This document shows positions 1-13,575 of a stretch of 64,000 bases of DNA, one piece after another (the first letter of the stretch is position 1; every line of letters starts with the position of its first letter). Source of the DNA: Takakia lepidozioides (taxonomy: Eukaryota > Plantae > Bryophyta); NCBI GenBank assembly GCA_030704615.1, contig CM060731.1, forward strand, positions 74,090,001 through 74,154,000, in the 5' to 3' direction. The position numbers and the translations under genes were made by a program. Below the pieces are notes generated by a model. It saw only the letters and a program-made list of their open reading frames with translations. It had not been told where the DNA came from and made no database searches.

Positions 1-20
1 TGGATGCTAGACGACGTAGT

Positions 21-407
21 TTGCGTGAAACAGCTAAATCTAACATTGTGTTTGCCCAAGCTGCTCAGGCCAAGAATTACAACAGACGTGTTGTGTATTC
101 TGAGTCATTTAAGATAGGCCAGTCTGTTTGTGTCAGGCTCCAGCCTGGTAAGCAGGTATCTAAGGCCAGGCGTCAGATTGATGGCCCTTACTTGATCTCT
201 GATATTCTTCCTGGCAAGCAGTATGTCTTGCTTCCCCAGCCTGCTTCTACTCCTCACTTAGCTAGCTCCATTCATGTATCATTGCTTGTTCCATGCACTC
301 TTAATTTTGATCTAATTTGTTTGAATGTTGGAAACCGCCAGGTGATTTTCACCCCCACAGCTTGGACAACTCGTGATCAGGCCCTGGCATCTTCTTCTTT
401 AGTGTAG
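21..407 (+). mobile_element. C-terminal end of a Ty3/Gypsy integrase (GPY/F module), remnant
   Basis: ORF reads QAKNYNRR...FKIGQSVCVR...DGPYLISDIL...YVL, the typical GPY/F SH3-like tail of Gypsy integrases; the rest lies left of the window. Confidence 0.6.
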
Positions 408-1849
408 TTTTACATTTCGTGCTAGTTTTCTGCACCAATTGTAGCACTTGGGATTTTTCCTATGGGATGTTTTGTCCTCCACCTAGCTTGCAGGGTGAGG
501 TTTTCTTCCCTAGGTTTTTTCATCCCTCGTGTGCCGGGTGTGTAGTTTGTTTTGGCTAGGCTTCGTTTTTGTTATTCCTGAGTTCATCGCTCGCAGGAGC
601 TCACCGTTTCTAGTGGCCCCAGCAGGCTTCACATATGTGGAGCTGGGATTCCTTCTCACCTTCTTTTTTGACTTGGATGAACGGAGGAGGGATGTGCCCC
701 AGATGATTTAGGGATGGACGGAACCAGGATGAAGTTTGCATGAACACCTTGCGCATGAGGATGAGCTGGCAACAACTTATGACTTTATTAGGTGTCGTCT
801 TATTCTAACAGCTGGTTTAGGATTAGATTAGGATGGATCTGGGTGATCTGGCTTCTTTCTATGGCTATGCTAGAAGGGCATCTGGCTGGCCTATATGTAA
901 GTGCCACGCGGCACTAGGATTAGATTACGACCTAATATTATTTAAGCTCCACTGCCGTGGCAGTGAGGGTGGTGGCTTTTGGATCTTACGCGAGTGTACG
1001 TTTGGTGTAACGGTGTGCTTGAGTGTGTTGATGAATGTGTTTTGGATGTTCGACTCTGTTGTGTCCTTTTCGTGAGATTCCGTCTTCTCTGCCAGGCCCA
1101 TCTATCGACTACATCCCCCTTGATAGGATTAAGTCCGGTAGAGGAAGGAGAACAAACCCATAGAGCCGGAATCGGGCTTCACAGGGGCCTCAGCACTAAG
1201 TCCTAAGCGTAATGAAGATAGTGTCGTGGGCCCAGAACCGTGCCCGGAACCATGCCCGGGCTACGTCTCTTGCTGGCCTGAGTGCCACGTAGCTTCAAGT
1301 CCTACGCACATGGAGAAGAAACGGGGGCTGATCCGCTTGAAAACAGGGTGGATCTGCCTGTGATAGCGCTTCATCGCGCTGATAGGGGAATCAGCCCAAC
1401 GCGGTCGTACAACTTACAAGCGGGTCCGTCGGATAAAACTAGATGAATAAAAATAACTTTTTAGAAAATAAAAGTTATTTTCCATGTTAAAACAAATGTT
1501 ACTTTGCTTTTTGTCGTGCATGCATCATACTGAATAGTATGGATGTGCATGAAGTACACGACACAGAAGCTCCCCTACCTAAGCATGGAGAGGGAATCCA
1601 TGTTAGAGTTACTATTGGAAGGTCTTGAGAGCGATTACTCAATTCAATGTAATCAGCTACCGGTAATTGTTGGTGTGAGAAGACCACTTCAGATTGAAAA
1701 GATGAGTTTGCACGAGGTTAGACAAATCTCTGCCGAGTGAAGTTCCTCACAAAGACCCCTTCTCCACCTACAACTATGATCTTTTGTTTGCCTCCAAATT
1801 TCATCCGTACCTCTACCGCCCAATTGCAAGCTGATCAGTCTCAAGATCT

Positions 1850-4800
1850 TGGCAACGCTCTCCACAATTTGCAACAACAAATTTCAGAGTTAAAGGAGTC
1901 GAACAATGGATCTTCAACCATACGAGTCCCTACTGCAACAGCTCCTACTGCAACGGTTCCTCATCAACAGATTACGAGATAACCAAAGATCAGCATGCCC
2001 GAGAAATTTGATGGGATGAGATCAAGATTTCGCGGTTTTGTTCAACAAGCACGACTGATCTTACGACTACATCCACAACGCGACCCCGATGAAGGTATTC
2101 AAGTGGGATTCGTGGTTACCCTTCTATCAGGCACTGCCTTATCTTGGTTTGCATCATTTTAGAAAAAAATTTGCATTTACTATATAATTTTGAAGCATTC
2201 ATGTCTGAGTTCACTGCAACGTTTGGAGAGAATGATAGAGAGAGAGTTGCAGAGATAAAGATGCGAAATCTTCGACAAAGAGCACGTCCTGCTTCCGTTT
2301 ATGCTGCCGAATTTCGACAACTTGCGTGCGACCTCGACTGGAATGAGAAGAACCTCATTAGTCAGTTTCGTCGAAAGACGTCAAAAGAAGTGATCTGGAT
2401 CACTACAACGTATCGCGATATTTATGACTGTATATATGACTATTCTGCAGTCATAAACGGTACATATGACTTCTATGACTGTAAGTCGTGCAAACCAAGT
2501 CAATACAATGAGTACAGGATGGTACGGTCCGGATGACTACAGTCATATGAACCAAGTGATATCTCTCACTGCAGTCATATATACCATACTGTTGTCACCG
2601 CTGCCGCGCCACGTGACGAGGCGCAATTGCTTTAAAAAATTAAATTAAATTAAAAAAACTAAAAAAAATAAAAACATATGTCAAACGCCGCGTCGCACCG
2701 CATTGTGCCACGTGGCATAATGCATTTTATAATAATGAAAACACCATGTGGCAGTCCATCTAGGGTACCACGTGCTATCCCTAGCTCGCCTACTAATCCT
2801 AGGGCCATCTTATCCATTTGATTGTACTTAGAGGAATTTGAACCTACAACCTCTTTACTATAAGAATTATAGTTCACTACCTGTTAACCAATACACCCAT
2901 TAGTCATTCATATGATCATATGGTGTTTTAATTGTATTATACAAACCAAATTACAAAATCCCCAATAGTCATCATGACTATGTAACTCATCCATGTACAC
3001 TGTAGTCATGGAAATGACTATGAATGGTGAGCTAAATCTTGTCAATTGTCGTTGATCAGCCTTCCGCCCATTCCGGAGCCATGTAGTCATACGGACGACT
3101 ATTTAGATAGTCGTTCATATGACTACAATCGTATGAACAACTGCGGGATGTCAATTTCATATAAAAACATAGTGCAGTCATGGTCAAAGTCATGAAAACC
3201 ACGGTTTGGCAGTCATAACTACCGCGATCTTTGTAGTGGATGGTCGACGACGCATCATGTCGCTGCTACTACGGCACTAAACACAACGATCCATCAGACA
3301 TCCGGTAGTGATCATATGCAAATTGATGCTGTCCGATTTAAGCCATTGACGCCACAAGAAAAACAAAGACGGTGCTCAAGTGGATTATGCCTCTATTGCG
3401 GAGAAGAAGATCACATAGCATTAAACTGCCCCAACAAGAGAAGATTCAAAGCTCAGGGCGCAACTCAAGTGTTCGATACGAGGAGGTCGAAAAACGAACA
3501 GTAGGGACCATGCGGCTGGACACCACAAATTCCTCACCGAAAAAATGTCTTTTTCTACCTCTAAACCCTGCACCTTGTTTCACAGTTCCGGTAAAATCAG
3601 AGTGCGAAATCGAGATATCTCTGTAGAAGCACTTTTGGACTCAGGGGCTTCAGCTTGTTTTATGGACAAAAACTTTGCGAAGCAACACAATTTAACGCTC
3701 GTAAAGAAGAAACTCTCGGCCCCCGTTGAAGTCATCGATGGACGACCGTTAGCATCAGGAAATGTGGACCATGAAACTCGACCACTTGAAGTAAAGCTTA
3801 AAAATCAAGCATCACATATTGTTTTCAACGTCATCCAGTCTCCAACGAATCCTGTGATCCTTGGACTTCCCTGGTTCGTACTTCACAATCCTGACATCGA
3901 CTGGCGATCGCAAAAAAATTCTGCAAAACAAACATGTAGAAATATCAAAGGTATTCAACCCCTGTTCCTTGGAGCTAGAGCTTTCCTGAGAGCTACCAAA
4001 AAGGATGCGACATTTGCACTTTATGCAACTCCGATCAAGACCACAATAGACAAATGTATTTCAATATTACCCGCTCAATATCAAGATTTCAAGGATGTCT
4101 TCGAGAGAAGAAAAATGCAGACATATTGTCAGAACATCGACCTTATGACTGTGCAATTGAGTTACAAGAACGAGCCCAACCACCATTCGGTCCAATCTAT
4201 AACTTATCCCAGACGGAGTTAGCTGCATTACGTGAATATATTGATGAAAATTTGTCGAAGCACTTTATCCGACATTCAAAATCACCTGCGGGGGCGCCTA
4301 TCTTGTTTGTGAAAAAGAAGGACGGATCATTACGCATGTGTATAGACTATCGCGGTCTCAACAAAGTCACAATTAAGAATCGTTATCCGTTGCCGCTGAT
4401 TTCTGGGCTTCTCAACCAGTTGGGACGAACGAAGATTTTCACCAAAATTGATTTGAGATGAGCTTATAACCTTGTACGGATAAAAGAAGGAGACAAGAAA
4501 ACAGCTTTTCGAACATTTTGAATACAGTATTATGCCTTTCGGTCTTATAAATGCTCTAGCAATTTTCCAACATATGATGAATGACATCTTTCGAGAATTT
4601 TTAGATGACTTTGTAGTCATCTATTTGGACGTCATTTTGATATTTTAACAGAATGAAGAAGAACATGGCCACCATGTACGCCTTGTCCTTGATAAATTAA
4701 GATAAAGATAATTATATGTCAAGTTGGAAAAATGTTTTTTCCATCAATCTGAGGTCGAATTTCTGGGCTACATTATTTCCAACAAAGGCGTCTTTATGGA

Positions 4801-5098
4801 TCAGAAGAAAATACAAACCATCATCGAGTGGATTAAACCAACTTCGGTCCGAGATGTAGAATGTTTTCTGGGATTTGCAAATTTCTATAGAATCTTCATC
4901 AAGGACTACTCCAACATTGCTACACCATCAACACAACTCACAGGGAAAGACAAATTTATATGGGACAAGAATGCTGACCAGACATTTGAAAGGCTGAAGC
5001 AGATATTTACAACGGCTCCAATACTAGTACATGCAGACCCATCTAAATCATTCTTCTTGGAAGCAGATGTATCGGACTTTGCACTTGACGCTATACTC
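1850..5098 (+). mobile_element. Degenerate Tf1/sushi/Tcn1-like chromovirus-type Gypsy retrotransposon (gag, protease, RT, start of RNase H), 3'-truncated
   Basis: gag PKISMPEKFDG...LRQ...YAAEFRQLACDLDWNE; knuckle MQIDAV...CLYCGEEDHIALNC (3316-3504); protease ALLDSGAS...ILGLPW (3545-); [28 protein letters not shown]...KIDLR; RNase H FFLEADVSDFAL; many stops and frameshifts; LTRs not identified. Confidence 0.9.
2401..3238. mobile_element. Non-autonomous CACTA (EnSpm) element, 838 bp, inserted in the Gypsy gag
   Basis: Starts CACTACAA (2401), ends TTGTAGTG (3238); 3-bp TSD GAT at 2398-2400 and 3239-3241; many subterminal ATGACT/AGTCAT motifs. Confidence 0.93.
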
Positions 5099-5779
5099 AA
5101 CACTATTTTAACTAATTCTGGATTTTTGTTTGGTCCAGAAATAATATGAGAAATATGAATAAATATAATTTATTATTGAAATAAAGCGATATATATGATT
5201 GTTTGGCTATTTTATGCACAAAATAACAATGAACAATAATCCTCCAAACATTTTTTGGAGACAATATAAGTATGTATTGTGGTTTTAGAAGAACATCCAC
5301 TGCCAAGTTGATGTTCATGGAAAAAATCATGGGATGATGCAATTATTTACACCATGATGTGAGGTCAGATATATAAAACTTTTTGCACAAAATGGTTGTT
5401 ATATCAGATGACATACAAAACCAAACATAGAACAATCATTGCATGTGATGAAGAAGATGACATGAAAGAATGAGTCTGCATACATTGATGATAAACATTC
5501 ATATTTTATTAGAGATTGCAACTTTGGCATTGCAGTCAGACATAATGTAACGTCAACTGCGAATTCGGTCCTTGAATGTGACTGGGCAAAACAATTTTTC
5601 ATATGACAAATGTCAGCTGAAATGTGGAACATTTGTAGAGAAAATGATAAAGTCAAAGTGCAAGTGGAAGACACTTTCAAGATCAAATTCTCCATAAACA
5701 ACAAACAGTGAGATAAGTACATACCAAGGTAATCAGGTTCTTTTTGTTGTGGGATCCAAACATGAGGATCAACATATCT

Positions 5780-6430
5780 TCCATACCAAGCCCAATAGGC
5801 ATGGTCACGACCAATAGGCTTACGAGAACACTTGGCAGGGTTCTCGCTGATGTAATCTACGACTGTTGAAGCTGCAGCCATTTTCAATATATATGGCCAC
5901 ACAGCTTTTGTCATATCATCCAGGTCAACCAAGCCCTTTGGTGATTGTTTGTATGAAATAGGGAAGAATCCAGTATTTGGTGGGTTTCAGAGGCCCTTTG
6001 ATGGCTCATCATCGACAAGGAGTATTTGTCCCTGCGTTGCAAAGGGTGTATCAGGGTACTTGGCAAGAACAGTGCGAATATCCTTAACCAGATATTTCAT
6101 CCCAGGCATGATGTAACCTGTAGTGTCTTTGCAATCCTCAGCTGACCAGATGAAGCAAAACTTCTTCGCAATTTTCGTAGGAACTAAGCACTCGAGCATC
6201 CTACAAAGAACATCTCTTTCAGCACATGACCAGATCGCCACGTAAAAATGCATGAACGCAAGGTTGAGAAACTCCAAGACTTCGGGCCGGGGAACCACAA
6301 AAGGTCCGTCGGGAATATGAACTGTAACTTTCTTGAAACGAAATCTCTCCTTAAACAATTCACCGTCGGTTGGAGGTGGCCGATAGCAGAGGAGTCCGTT
6401 GACACTCAATATTAACAACATCCGTTTCCT
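5780..6430 (-). pseudogene. FCP1/NIF-family HAD phosphatase-like domain, pseudogenised
   Basis: LLILSVNGLL...PRPEVLEFL...VAIWS...FIWSAEDC...KDI...ILLVDDEPSKGL*NPPNTGFFP...YISENP matches the plant FCP1-homology layout; in-frame TGA at 5987-5989; motif-I Asp replaced by Ser. Confidence 0.7.
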
Positions 6431-7639
6431 CTTCCCCGATGTGGCAAATGAAGGTTGATGGACGTTGCCATCCTGCGCAATTTAAGTGTTCCCGCCGTCA
6501 GAAACAACACGATGTAGTGTTCTTAGTTTCAGAGTGACCTCTACGTTTTCGGAGATATAAGTGTCTTGACAATGGACTATTGTAAAGGACCAAGAGTAGA
6601 CCATATATCAAAGAGTTCGAGATCACGAAAAGATGAACGTCGGCTGTCAAGTGGAGGTTAGTGGATGCACCTTGTCGGGAGGCGCATTCAAGAAGTTATG
6701 CGGCTCCATACTCGCTTGTATAAAAATTACAGAGTTAGTTTGGGACAGAAAAACAAACTGCAAACGAAAGTGGAGAATTTTTTTTGAAATGTACCATTGA
6801 AGCCTTATTGGAATGTCTTGCAGAAGAACAGTGGATTCCCGCAGGCTTGGATTGATGAGGCGTCACAGCATCCGAGGGAGTCCTCAAGTGTTTGGTGTCC
6901 GCTCTTTTTTTCTTCTCAGCCTTTTGTCCGTTGGAAAGATTTCCTGCGGAGGAAGGAAATGGCTCGAGGGCTCTTTTTCGCCTCTTTGGTGCAGAACATT
7001 GTGCCAGCAGTTCAGGGTCACGCTGTGTCGATGTTGGAGATGTTTTGCCATTGAACGACGGGAGTAGTGGATGGGCAACAACAGGCAAGCACAGAAATTT
7101 GTCCCTTGAGCAGTCGACATCCTGGATGGAATGAAAACGCAACGAAGGAATAATTTACCTTGGAACTTCATTCCAATGCAGATGTCGTTTGACATGAAGG
7201 TCATAATCTGCAGATTTTCTTACTTGGAGCGACAGATGAATATCAGACCCCAAACTAAGTGAAACTAGGAGAATGAGCAAGGAGCGAGAAATGAGTTTAA
7301 GTCACCTGACTCCTGCGGATTTGGGTTGTCCAACCCTCGTGCTGGGGAGATATGCGAGGAAGAGACGGAAGCAGGTGCAGCGGAGCCGTAGCCGAGTCCC
7401 CGACGGTTGCCCTGCGGGTTGGATAGACCAGACCCTGCGTACTAAACAGGGAGGGTGAGGAATGTTGGGAAAGGTCGATAAAGTCTCCGGGATATTTGTG
7501 TTCTTCACTTGCACTTTGGACTTTACATCTAGGAAGACCCAAGAGGAGAAGAGTGTTGCCAGCTTCCCGGGAGGACAAAGGTCTGAAAGAGGATCCACCC
7601 TCAATTTAAGAGGTAAATCGAGATGTTTGGATGCTCTGA

Positions 7640-8778
7640 AACCCTGCAGGCCGGAAGACAAACGTGGTGCTCGTCCACTTCCGAGAAGACTATACTTGCA
7701 AATGGACAACTCCATGAAGGACAATAAGAACAGATGGATGCTTGCTTTTCTATCCCTCCTGACCGCCAAAGATGTTTTTGAAGAAATCCAACTAGGGTTC
7801 CTAATGGTCGGACACACCCATGAGGACATCGACGGGTTCTTCAGCTACCTTTTGAAGAAGCTGAAGGAACGAAGCACCTACATTCTTTCGGATTTGATGA
7901 GGTCTTTTATGACCTCACAAGATCTGCAGTTCATTCCACAGATTATTCAGGAGGTTCCCGACTTCAAGAATTTTGTCAAGGGCTGTATTCTGGATGGAAA
8001 GAAAGCGTTGGTCGGGATTTTGGAGATGCACGTCTTCTGCTTTTTTAAGGATGCCGAGGGCTGGCCCGTCATGAAGTTCAAGAAGTCCGCTACTAATTTG
8101 GATTGGCTTCCAACAAACAATAGCGTGAAGATGTGGAAGTCCAATCCTGACGGGACTCCCAAGCTCCCTGAAGAAGACCCAGAAGCCGTTCCAAGGAGAC
8201 CTATCTGGGGAGTCGGGGATGACTCCTCCGAAAAACAATCATTCATTAAGAATGGAATAAAAAAATACATGGATCTTTGGACGAAATGAATGATGCTTGA
8301 CGATCATTACAGAGGTCGAATAGAACAATACAACCAGTACTGGGGAAACATTCTCGCCGAGCTGGATAAGCCAATCCCGGAAGCCTCCCGAGCGTATTCA
8401 GCTTCTTGAGGGATTCTGGCCGAAAATAAATTGGTCCAAGAATCATCACAGAGATGGAATCCATCCACATATAGTGCCAGATCCGGTCAAGGATATTGAG
8501 AAAGGGTTCTTTGTGCTCGTTCGCCCTCATGACCCAAGTACGTGTGCCCGGTCTGGATGGGAGTGACAATATTTGATGTGATCCACGAAAGAGAGGATCC
8601 TAATTTTAAAAAAGTGAAGGTGGAATGGTGGAGACCGAGAAAAGGTGGTAACCCAACAGACTTGGAAAGGTACAGGGACTGTTGGTCAAAACTTTGGGAG
8701 TATAACTTGACAGATCCTCCTCAATGGATCCACGTGAACAATGTTGTGTGGACAATGCCTCCACGCGACAAGGAATAG
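7640..8778 (+). mobile_element. Sola-like (DDD) DNA transposase remnant
   Basis: LYLQMDNSMKDNKN (7690-7730) and FLMVGHTHEDIDGFFS (GHTHEDID at 7810-7833) resemble the DN..NKN / GHT....D catalytic motifs; Trp-rich C-terminal piece 8542-8778; disrupted. Confidence 0.55.
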
Positions 8779-9590
8779 AAAGGAAGATGTGTGGGGATTA
8801 CCGTCCTGTGAACCGTCAGACTAAGTCCGATAGATATGTCATGCCAACTCCATATGAGATCTTTGATGCCATTGGGCATGCAAAGGTGTTTAGCACATTG
8901 GACTTGCGATCCGGTTACCACCAATTGTCAATCAAAGAGAAGCAAAAGATGGCATGCTGGGGGATTGACCAACATGGGAAGGATTGCTTGTACCAATGGC
9001 GGTTCCTACCGTTTGGGTTGAAGAATGCTCCTGCAGAGTTTCAAAAGGTTATGGATAGGATTCTTGTAGGGCTAGACTTCGCCCGGTGCTACATTGATGA
9101 TATCATCATCTTTAGTGCCACGGTTGAGGACCATGAGAAACACCTTCAGGTGGTGTTTGAGCGTTTGAGGGCGCATGGATTGAAACTGCACCCTGGAAAG
9201 TGCAAGTTCTTCCACGATCAGATTGAGTATCTGGGCCACATGATATACCCTGGAGGATTGGGTGTTCAAAAGACGAAGGTGGAGGCCATTGCACGCATTC
9301 CATGCCCCATCGATGTTAGCAAGTTCGTGCTTTCATGGGGTTGGCAAACTATTATCGACGATTTGTCAAGGGATTTAGCAGCATTGCAAAGGCTCTTACC
9401 AAGTTGACCAAGGTGGGTCAGGAGTGGCAGTGGGAGGAGGAGCAGGAGGAAGCCTTTGAGGAACTCAAGGTTCGATTGACTTCTACGCCTATTCAGGGGC
9501 GATCTTTCCAGCTACATACGGATTGGAGTATGTTGGGGATTGGAGCAGTGCTCACATAGGTGGATGATGAGGGAAGGAAGTTCGTAGTAA
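8776..9590 (+). mobile_element. Gypsy RT-RNase H fragment of the same family as the 32836-44771 element
   Basis: RKMCGDYRPVNRQTKSDRY...LDLRSGYHQL...YIDDIIIFS...LHTDWS is near-collinear with 41230-42060. Confidence 0.9.
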
Positions 9591-10520
9591 CAAAATGAAG
9601 AACCTAACTATTATGGAAGTGTAGTCATTGCATCGGACAAGTATTTAAATGAAAGACTCGTCCTTGGAACCTAGTATTAAGATACATAGAAAACAAAGTT
9701 CGATAAAAAAAGGTAAGTGCATGTCAATCCAAACCAAAGGCAAAACCTTGCACAAGGTGAAGGGCGAAGAGATTTGAATAACCATAAATAGTTATGGTTA
9801 TGGTATGGATACTTCATTCCCAGTTGCAGGGGAAGGGTAAGGGTTTACACGTAACAATGGCGTAGGGTTTTCCTTAGGGTTTTTGACGAGGGTTTAGGGC
9901 TTGGGTTGAAGGCAGAAATGGTGAGCATACATGCCGGAAGACTCGCACTCGCTACAACTTAGTGTGTGTTAGTATGGTACAAAATGGAAATTTGGTTACA
10001 TTGAAGAGATTTGGATAACTAAAATGGTTATGGTTATGGTATGGATAGTTGATTCCCATTTGCAAAGGGAAGGGAAAGGGTTCTGGGGTATTGGGTTCAG
10101 GGTAAATGTTTAGGGTTTTCTAGTAAGGGTTTAGGGTAAGGGTTTAGGGTTTTGGTTTAAGTTACAAAATAGACAGACACTTATGGAAAACTTCAGACTT
10201 CGCTAGAACTTAGTGTTGTTAGTAGGGTACTAGTAAGCAAAAAAAAAATGAATAACCTAATATTATGGACAAGTATTTAAATGAAAGACTCGTCGTTGGA
10301 ACCTTGACCTAGTATTGAGATATAACATAGAAAGCAAACTGTAACATGCCTAAATGCATGTCAATCCAAAACAAAGGAAAAAGCTAGCGCAAATGGCAAG
10401 GGAGAAGACATTTCAATAACCATAATGGTTATGGTTATGGTATGAATAGTTCATGGGCCATTTGCAGAAAAGGGTAAGGGTTAGGGGTAATGCTAACAAA
10501 AAAAGCAAGGGTAACTATTA
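9590..10520 (+). repeat. AT-rich degenerate tandem duplication with telomere-like (TTTAGGG-type) tracts
   Basis: 9590-9840 resembles 10245-10490; GTTATGGT(T)ATGG block at ~9790, ~10025 and ~10425; AGGGTTT/AGGGTA runs at 9835-9905, 10070-10160 and 10470-10490. Confidence 0.7.
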
Positions 10521-11873
10521 AAAAGGTATGTCAATCCAAAATCCTAATCTGCCAAAAAAATAAAATAAAATAAAATATACACTATGAGATTTGGAAAGAA
10601 AATAGTGTTATATAACAACGAAAAAGGACATGTGAAATTCCCTCTTAAACCAGGGCCAAAGATGAGAAGTATGAAAATGAAATGAAATGAAAATTTGGTG
10701 CAGAAAAGTCGTAGAGCTTAGAGGGAAAATGGAGGAAAACCTCACAGAAAAAACTTCAGGTTTGACAAATTGAAAAGTATGTCAACAACGATTGAGTAAG
10801 GCTCATCCTAATGGGAGACATCAATGGGAGAATTGGTTATGCGAAAAACAAGTCCAATGTTTCAGAGAATGACTGGAAATGGGCTATTTTCTTCCGTTGT
10901 TAAAAACCTCTTTGCCGAATTTAAAGACTCCAGTGGTCGTGCCCGCCCATTTTGTTCTTGTCTCATAGCAATGAAATGCAACATTTTATTGCAAATTTTG
11001 TGGCAAGCCACATCTATACAAAGTGTGTCGTAACTGTCATAGCCGGAATGGGGACTACTCTCCTACACCCTCCGAGGAACTTGCCCCGCCTTCCTCCTCA
11101 TCCCCCTCATCCCCCCCATCCTCCGAGCTCTGTGATGCATCAGTTCCACTATGCCTCTCAAAAATTCCGTCCTCTCCTTGGGGGACTATTCACCTCACCT
11201 CCTGGGAATCTTCTGCCTCTTCTCCCCCACTTTCCTCAGCAGAATCCAAGACAAATCTACGAGCCTGACGAGCTCTAATAGCTGCTGCCTCCTCCCTCAT
11301 CTTCATTTTCTTGAGGCTTGCCTCGTCTAAAATCTGTTGTACACGACTAGGTTCGGAAGACCTCATAATGGACACCGAAGCAAGCCGGGCAGCATAAGTA
11401 GGAAGGATGTAGTCCCTTTCTGGACTAGGCATGAAATCCCCCCTGGCAAAAAAAGACACGTTCCTCCTGCCCATGAACTGTGATGCAGACGTCCCTCCTG
11501 CAGTACTTGGCATCCTGTAGTAAGAACAAATCCACTTTAAGAATGTCAATACCAGCAGAAGCAAAAAAAGGTCTTTCAATGAAATAAGAGAGCGAAGGGA
11601 GGTGCCTCACGAAATCAGGAGGCAACTTATAATGCGACCACTCACTCGTAAACCGGGGGCTCCTCAGCCTCGATCCCAACTTGTACCTCCCCCTGCTCCT
11701 TGTCGGATTCTTCCTCATCCTCCGAGGATGCCTCTTCCTCTTTCGGCAGACATTCAGCCGCTGCAAGTTTGGAGTTGTGGAGGACAGTATCTGGCTCGAA
11801 GGCGAAGACATGCCTGTCGGACAACGTCCCTGCCCACATTGAGGCACCTGAGGGACAAAGTGGGCGGTTAGTA

Positions 11874-12045
11874 GCACGCCGGTTTTCCAGTGCAGGGCCC
11901 CTAGTGTGGCAGGCACCGAAACCGGAAATTCGGCGCCATTTTTACAGTTCCGGGCCCAGTCAGTTTTGGGACTTAGCCATTTTCAGCCCCAATCTGGAAA
12001 AATGGCGCTGAATTTCCAGTTCCGGGCCTAGTCATTTTCATTCCC
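11874..12045. repeat. Partial copy of the ~146-bp GGCGCC-core repeat array (same family as 30245-30915)
   Basis: GGCAGGCACCGAAACCGGAAATTCGGCGCCATTTTT...GGGACTTAGCCATTTTC is near-identical to units at 30530-30900. Confidence 0.9.
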
Positions 12046-12096
12046 TAAAATTTACCTCGTTTTCGGGACCTCATTTTGTGTGTTTCTTGAATGCAG

Positions 12097-13575
12097 GTAC
12101 TGCAAGTTCTCCCTTTTGGAGAAAGGACATCTGTCCTTCGAGCCGCCATTCTTCCTCGCATGGAGGAACCCTGGGGCTGACTCCATGTACACTGACGTTA
12201 TCGTGAAGGAGTGGCATCTGGAACATTTGCGCGACTGCCCTTGGTATGTGGACCTTCCGCCCGGCTCGCTGGACCCATCCGAGTTTCAATTGAAGCTGGA
12301 TGCTGAGGCTCGACAAAACCGGGCTCCGCTGCCTCCGCTGGGTCCAAAGGAGGCGAGAGCGCTTGCCCAGTCCAGGAAAGCGGCAGAGCTTGCTCAGGTA
12401 GGTATTCAAGAGAAATTGAATGAGAAGAATAAAGGACAAAAGAAAAAGACACGGAAACAGGGGAGTACAGTAACCCCCAAAAAACAGAAAACCACCGGGG
12501 CACCAGAGGAGGCGCAGGAGGGGCCCCAAGGGAGTGACTCCGACGACGACTTTGTGCAAGGTCCTGCGACTGCTGCTGCGGCTACCAAGTCACCGGTCGT
12601 CTGGGTTCCCAAGTTAGTTCGGTCTAGGACTGGCTCTGCCAAGAAGTTGGCATTTGAGGGCGAGCCTACACGGCGGTATTCGGCGGTGACGTTTCCGAAG
12701 AGGCCAAAGCTAGAACCCCCAACCATCATCCAATGTGTCAATGAGAGCTTCCTTGACGCTCTGGCTACCAGGGCGAAGAAGGTGGCACACAACAAGTCTG
12801 TGGAGGAGCAGAAGGGGAAAGCCAAGAAGAGGGCTCCCAGTACAGAGCCTAAAGACACCCCTGGTTTCGAATCCATGATGGAATTCTTCACGGCTGTGAG
12901 CACGGATTGCAAGAGCACTCGGGGTGGGGTTGAGGTGGAGAGAGTCTGCGATATGATTCTCCTCGATATTCCAGATGGGGAGCTGCTAGAGGGCCTGGAT
13001 GGTGTGCCCACCTGGAACAGGTTTAATGAGGACTACTGGAGAACCGGGTTTGGGCTGGCGGGGATGCTCTTGGATGACGGTGGATGTATGGTGGTCCTTG
13101 CCACAAGAGGGAAGACCATAGACAATGTTGTGGCAAGGTGGACACCGAAAAGTGTCACCCCGGTCCTCCTCAAAAAATGGTTCTGCATCAATACGCAGGG
13201 GTTGCAAACAGAGGGCCAGAGTGTAAGTTATCAATCTATTGCATTCATTTCATATTGTGGTGTATTTGAACTAGACCCTGGAGTTGATCCCTCTTTTGTT
13301 GGATGTGCCGACATTGGTGTTTGAGGCATATTGTTTTGTGAAGAGAGGGTCTACGTTCAAATTCCGCAACGACGGTCGTCTTGTCGATGCCGCTGTGGAC
13401 CCTGTTACCTACGATGTCCTCTACAACTATGTGCCCCACTCTAGTATGCCGAAGGACACAAAGACAGGCAGACCGTGGCGTTACAGCCGGACCCGGAGCC
13501 CTGCTTTCATCCAAACCCTCATGGAGACGTGCTCGGATGTCCAAGGGCGGATTCTTGACCTCACATGCGGCACGA
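12097..13575 (+). CDS. 3' exons of a putative beta-class N4-C/N6-A DNA methyltransferase gene (element-borne, possibly inactive)
   Basis: Acceptor TGCAG ending 12096; CDMILLDIPDG (DPPY-like motif IV at 12965-12976), then LLDDGGCMVVL, then WR...RSPAFIQTLMETCS..QGRILDLTCGT (motif X-I at 13551-13574); order IV before X-I is beta class; GTAAGT/GTAAGC donors at 13223 and 13576. Confidence 0.6.

Noticed and set aside
1449-1565. Two inverted repeats (AAAATAACTTTT/AAAAGTTATTTT and TGTCGTG...CACGACA) as LTR or MITE ends
   Set aside because: No second LTR copy or TSD in the window to define an element
11000-11860. Minus-strand ORF pieces with acidic and Pro-rich tracts
   Set aside because: Probably a decayed TE gene, but no recognisable motif supports a call
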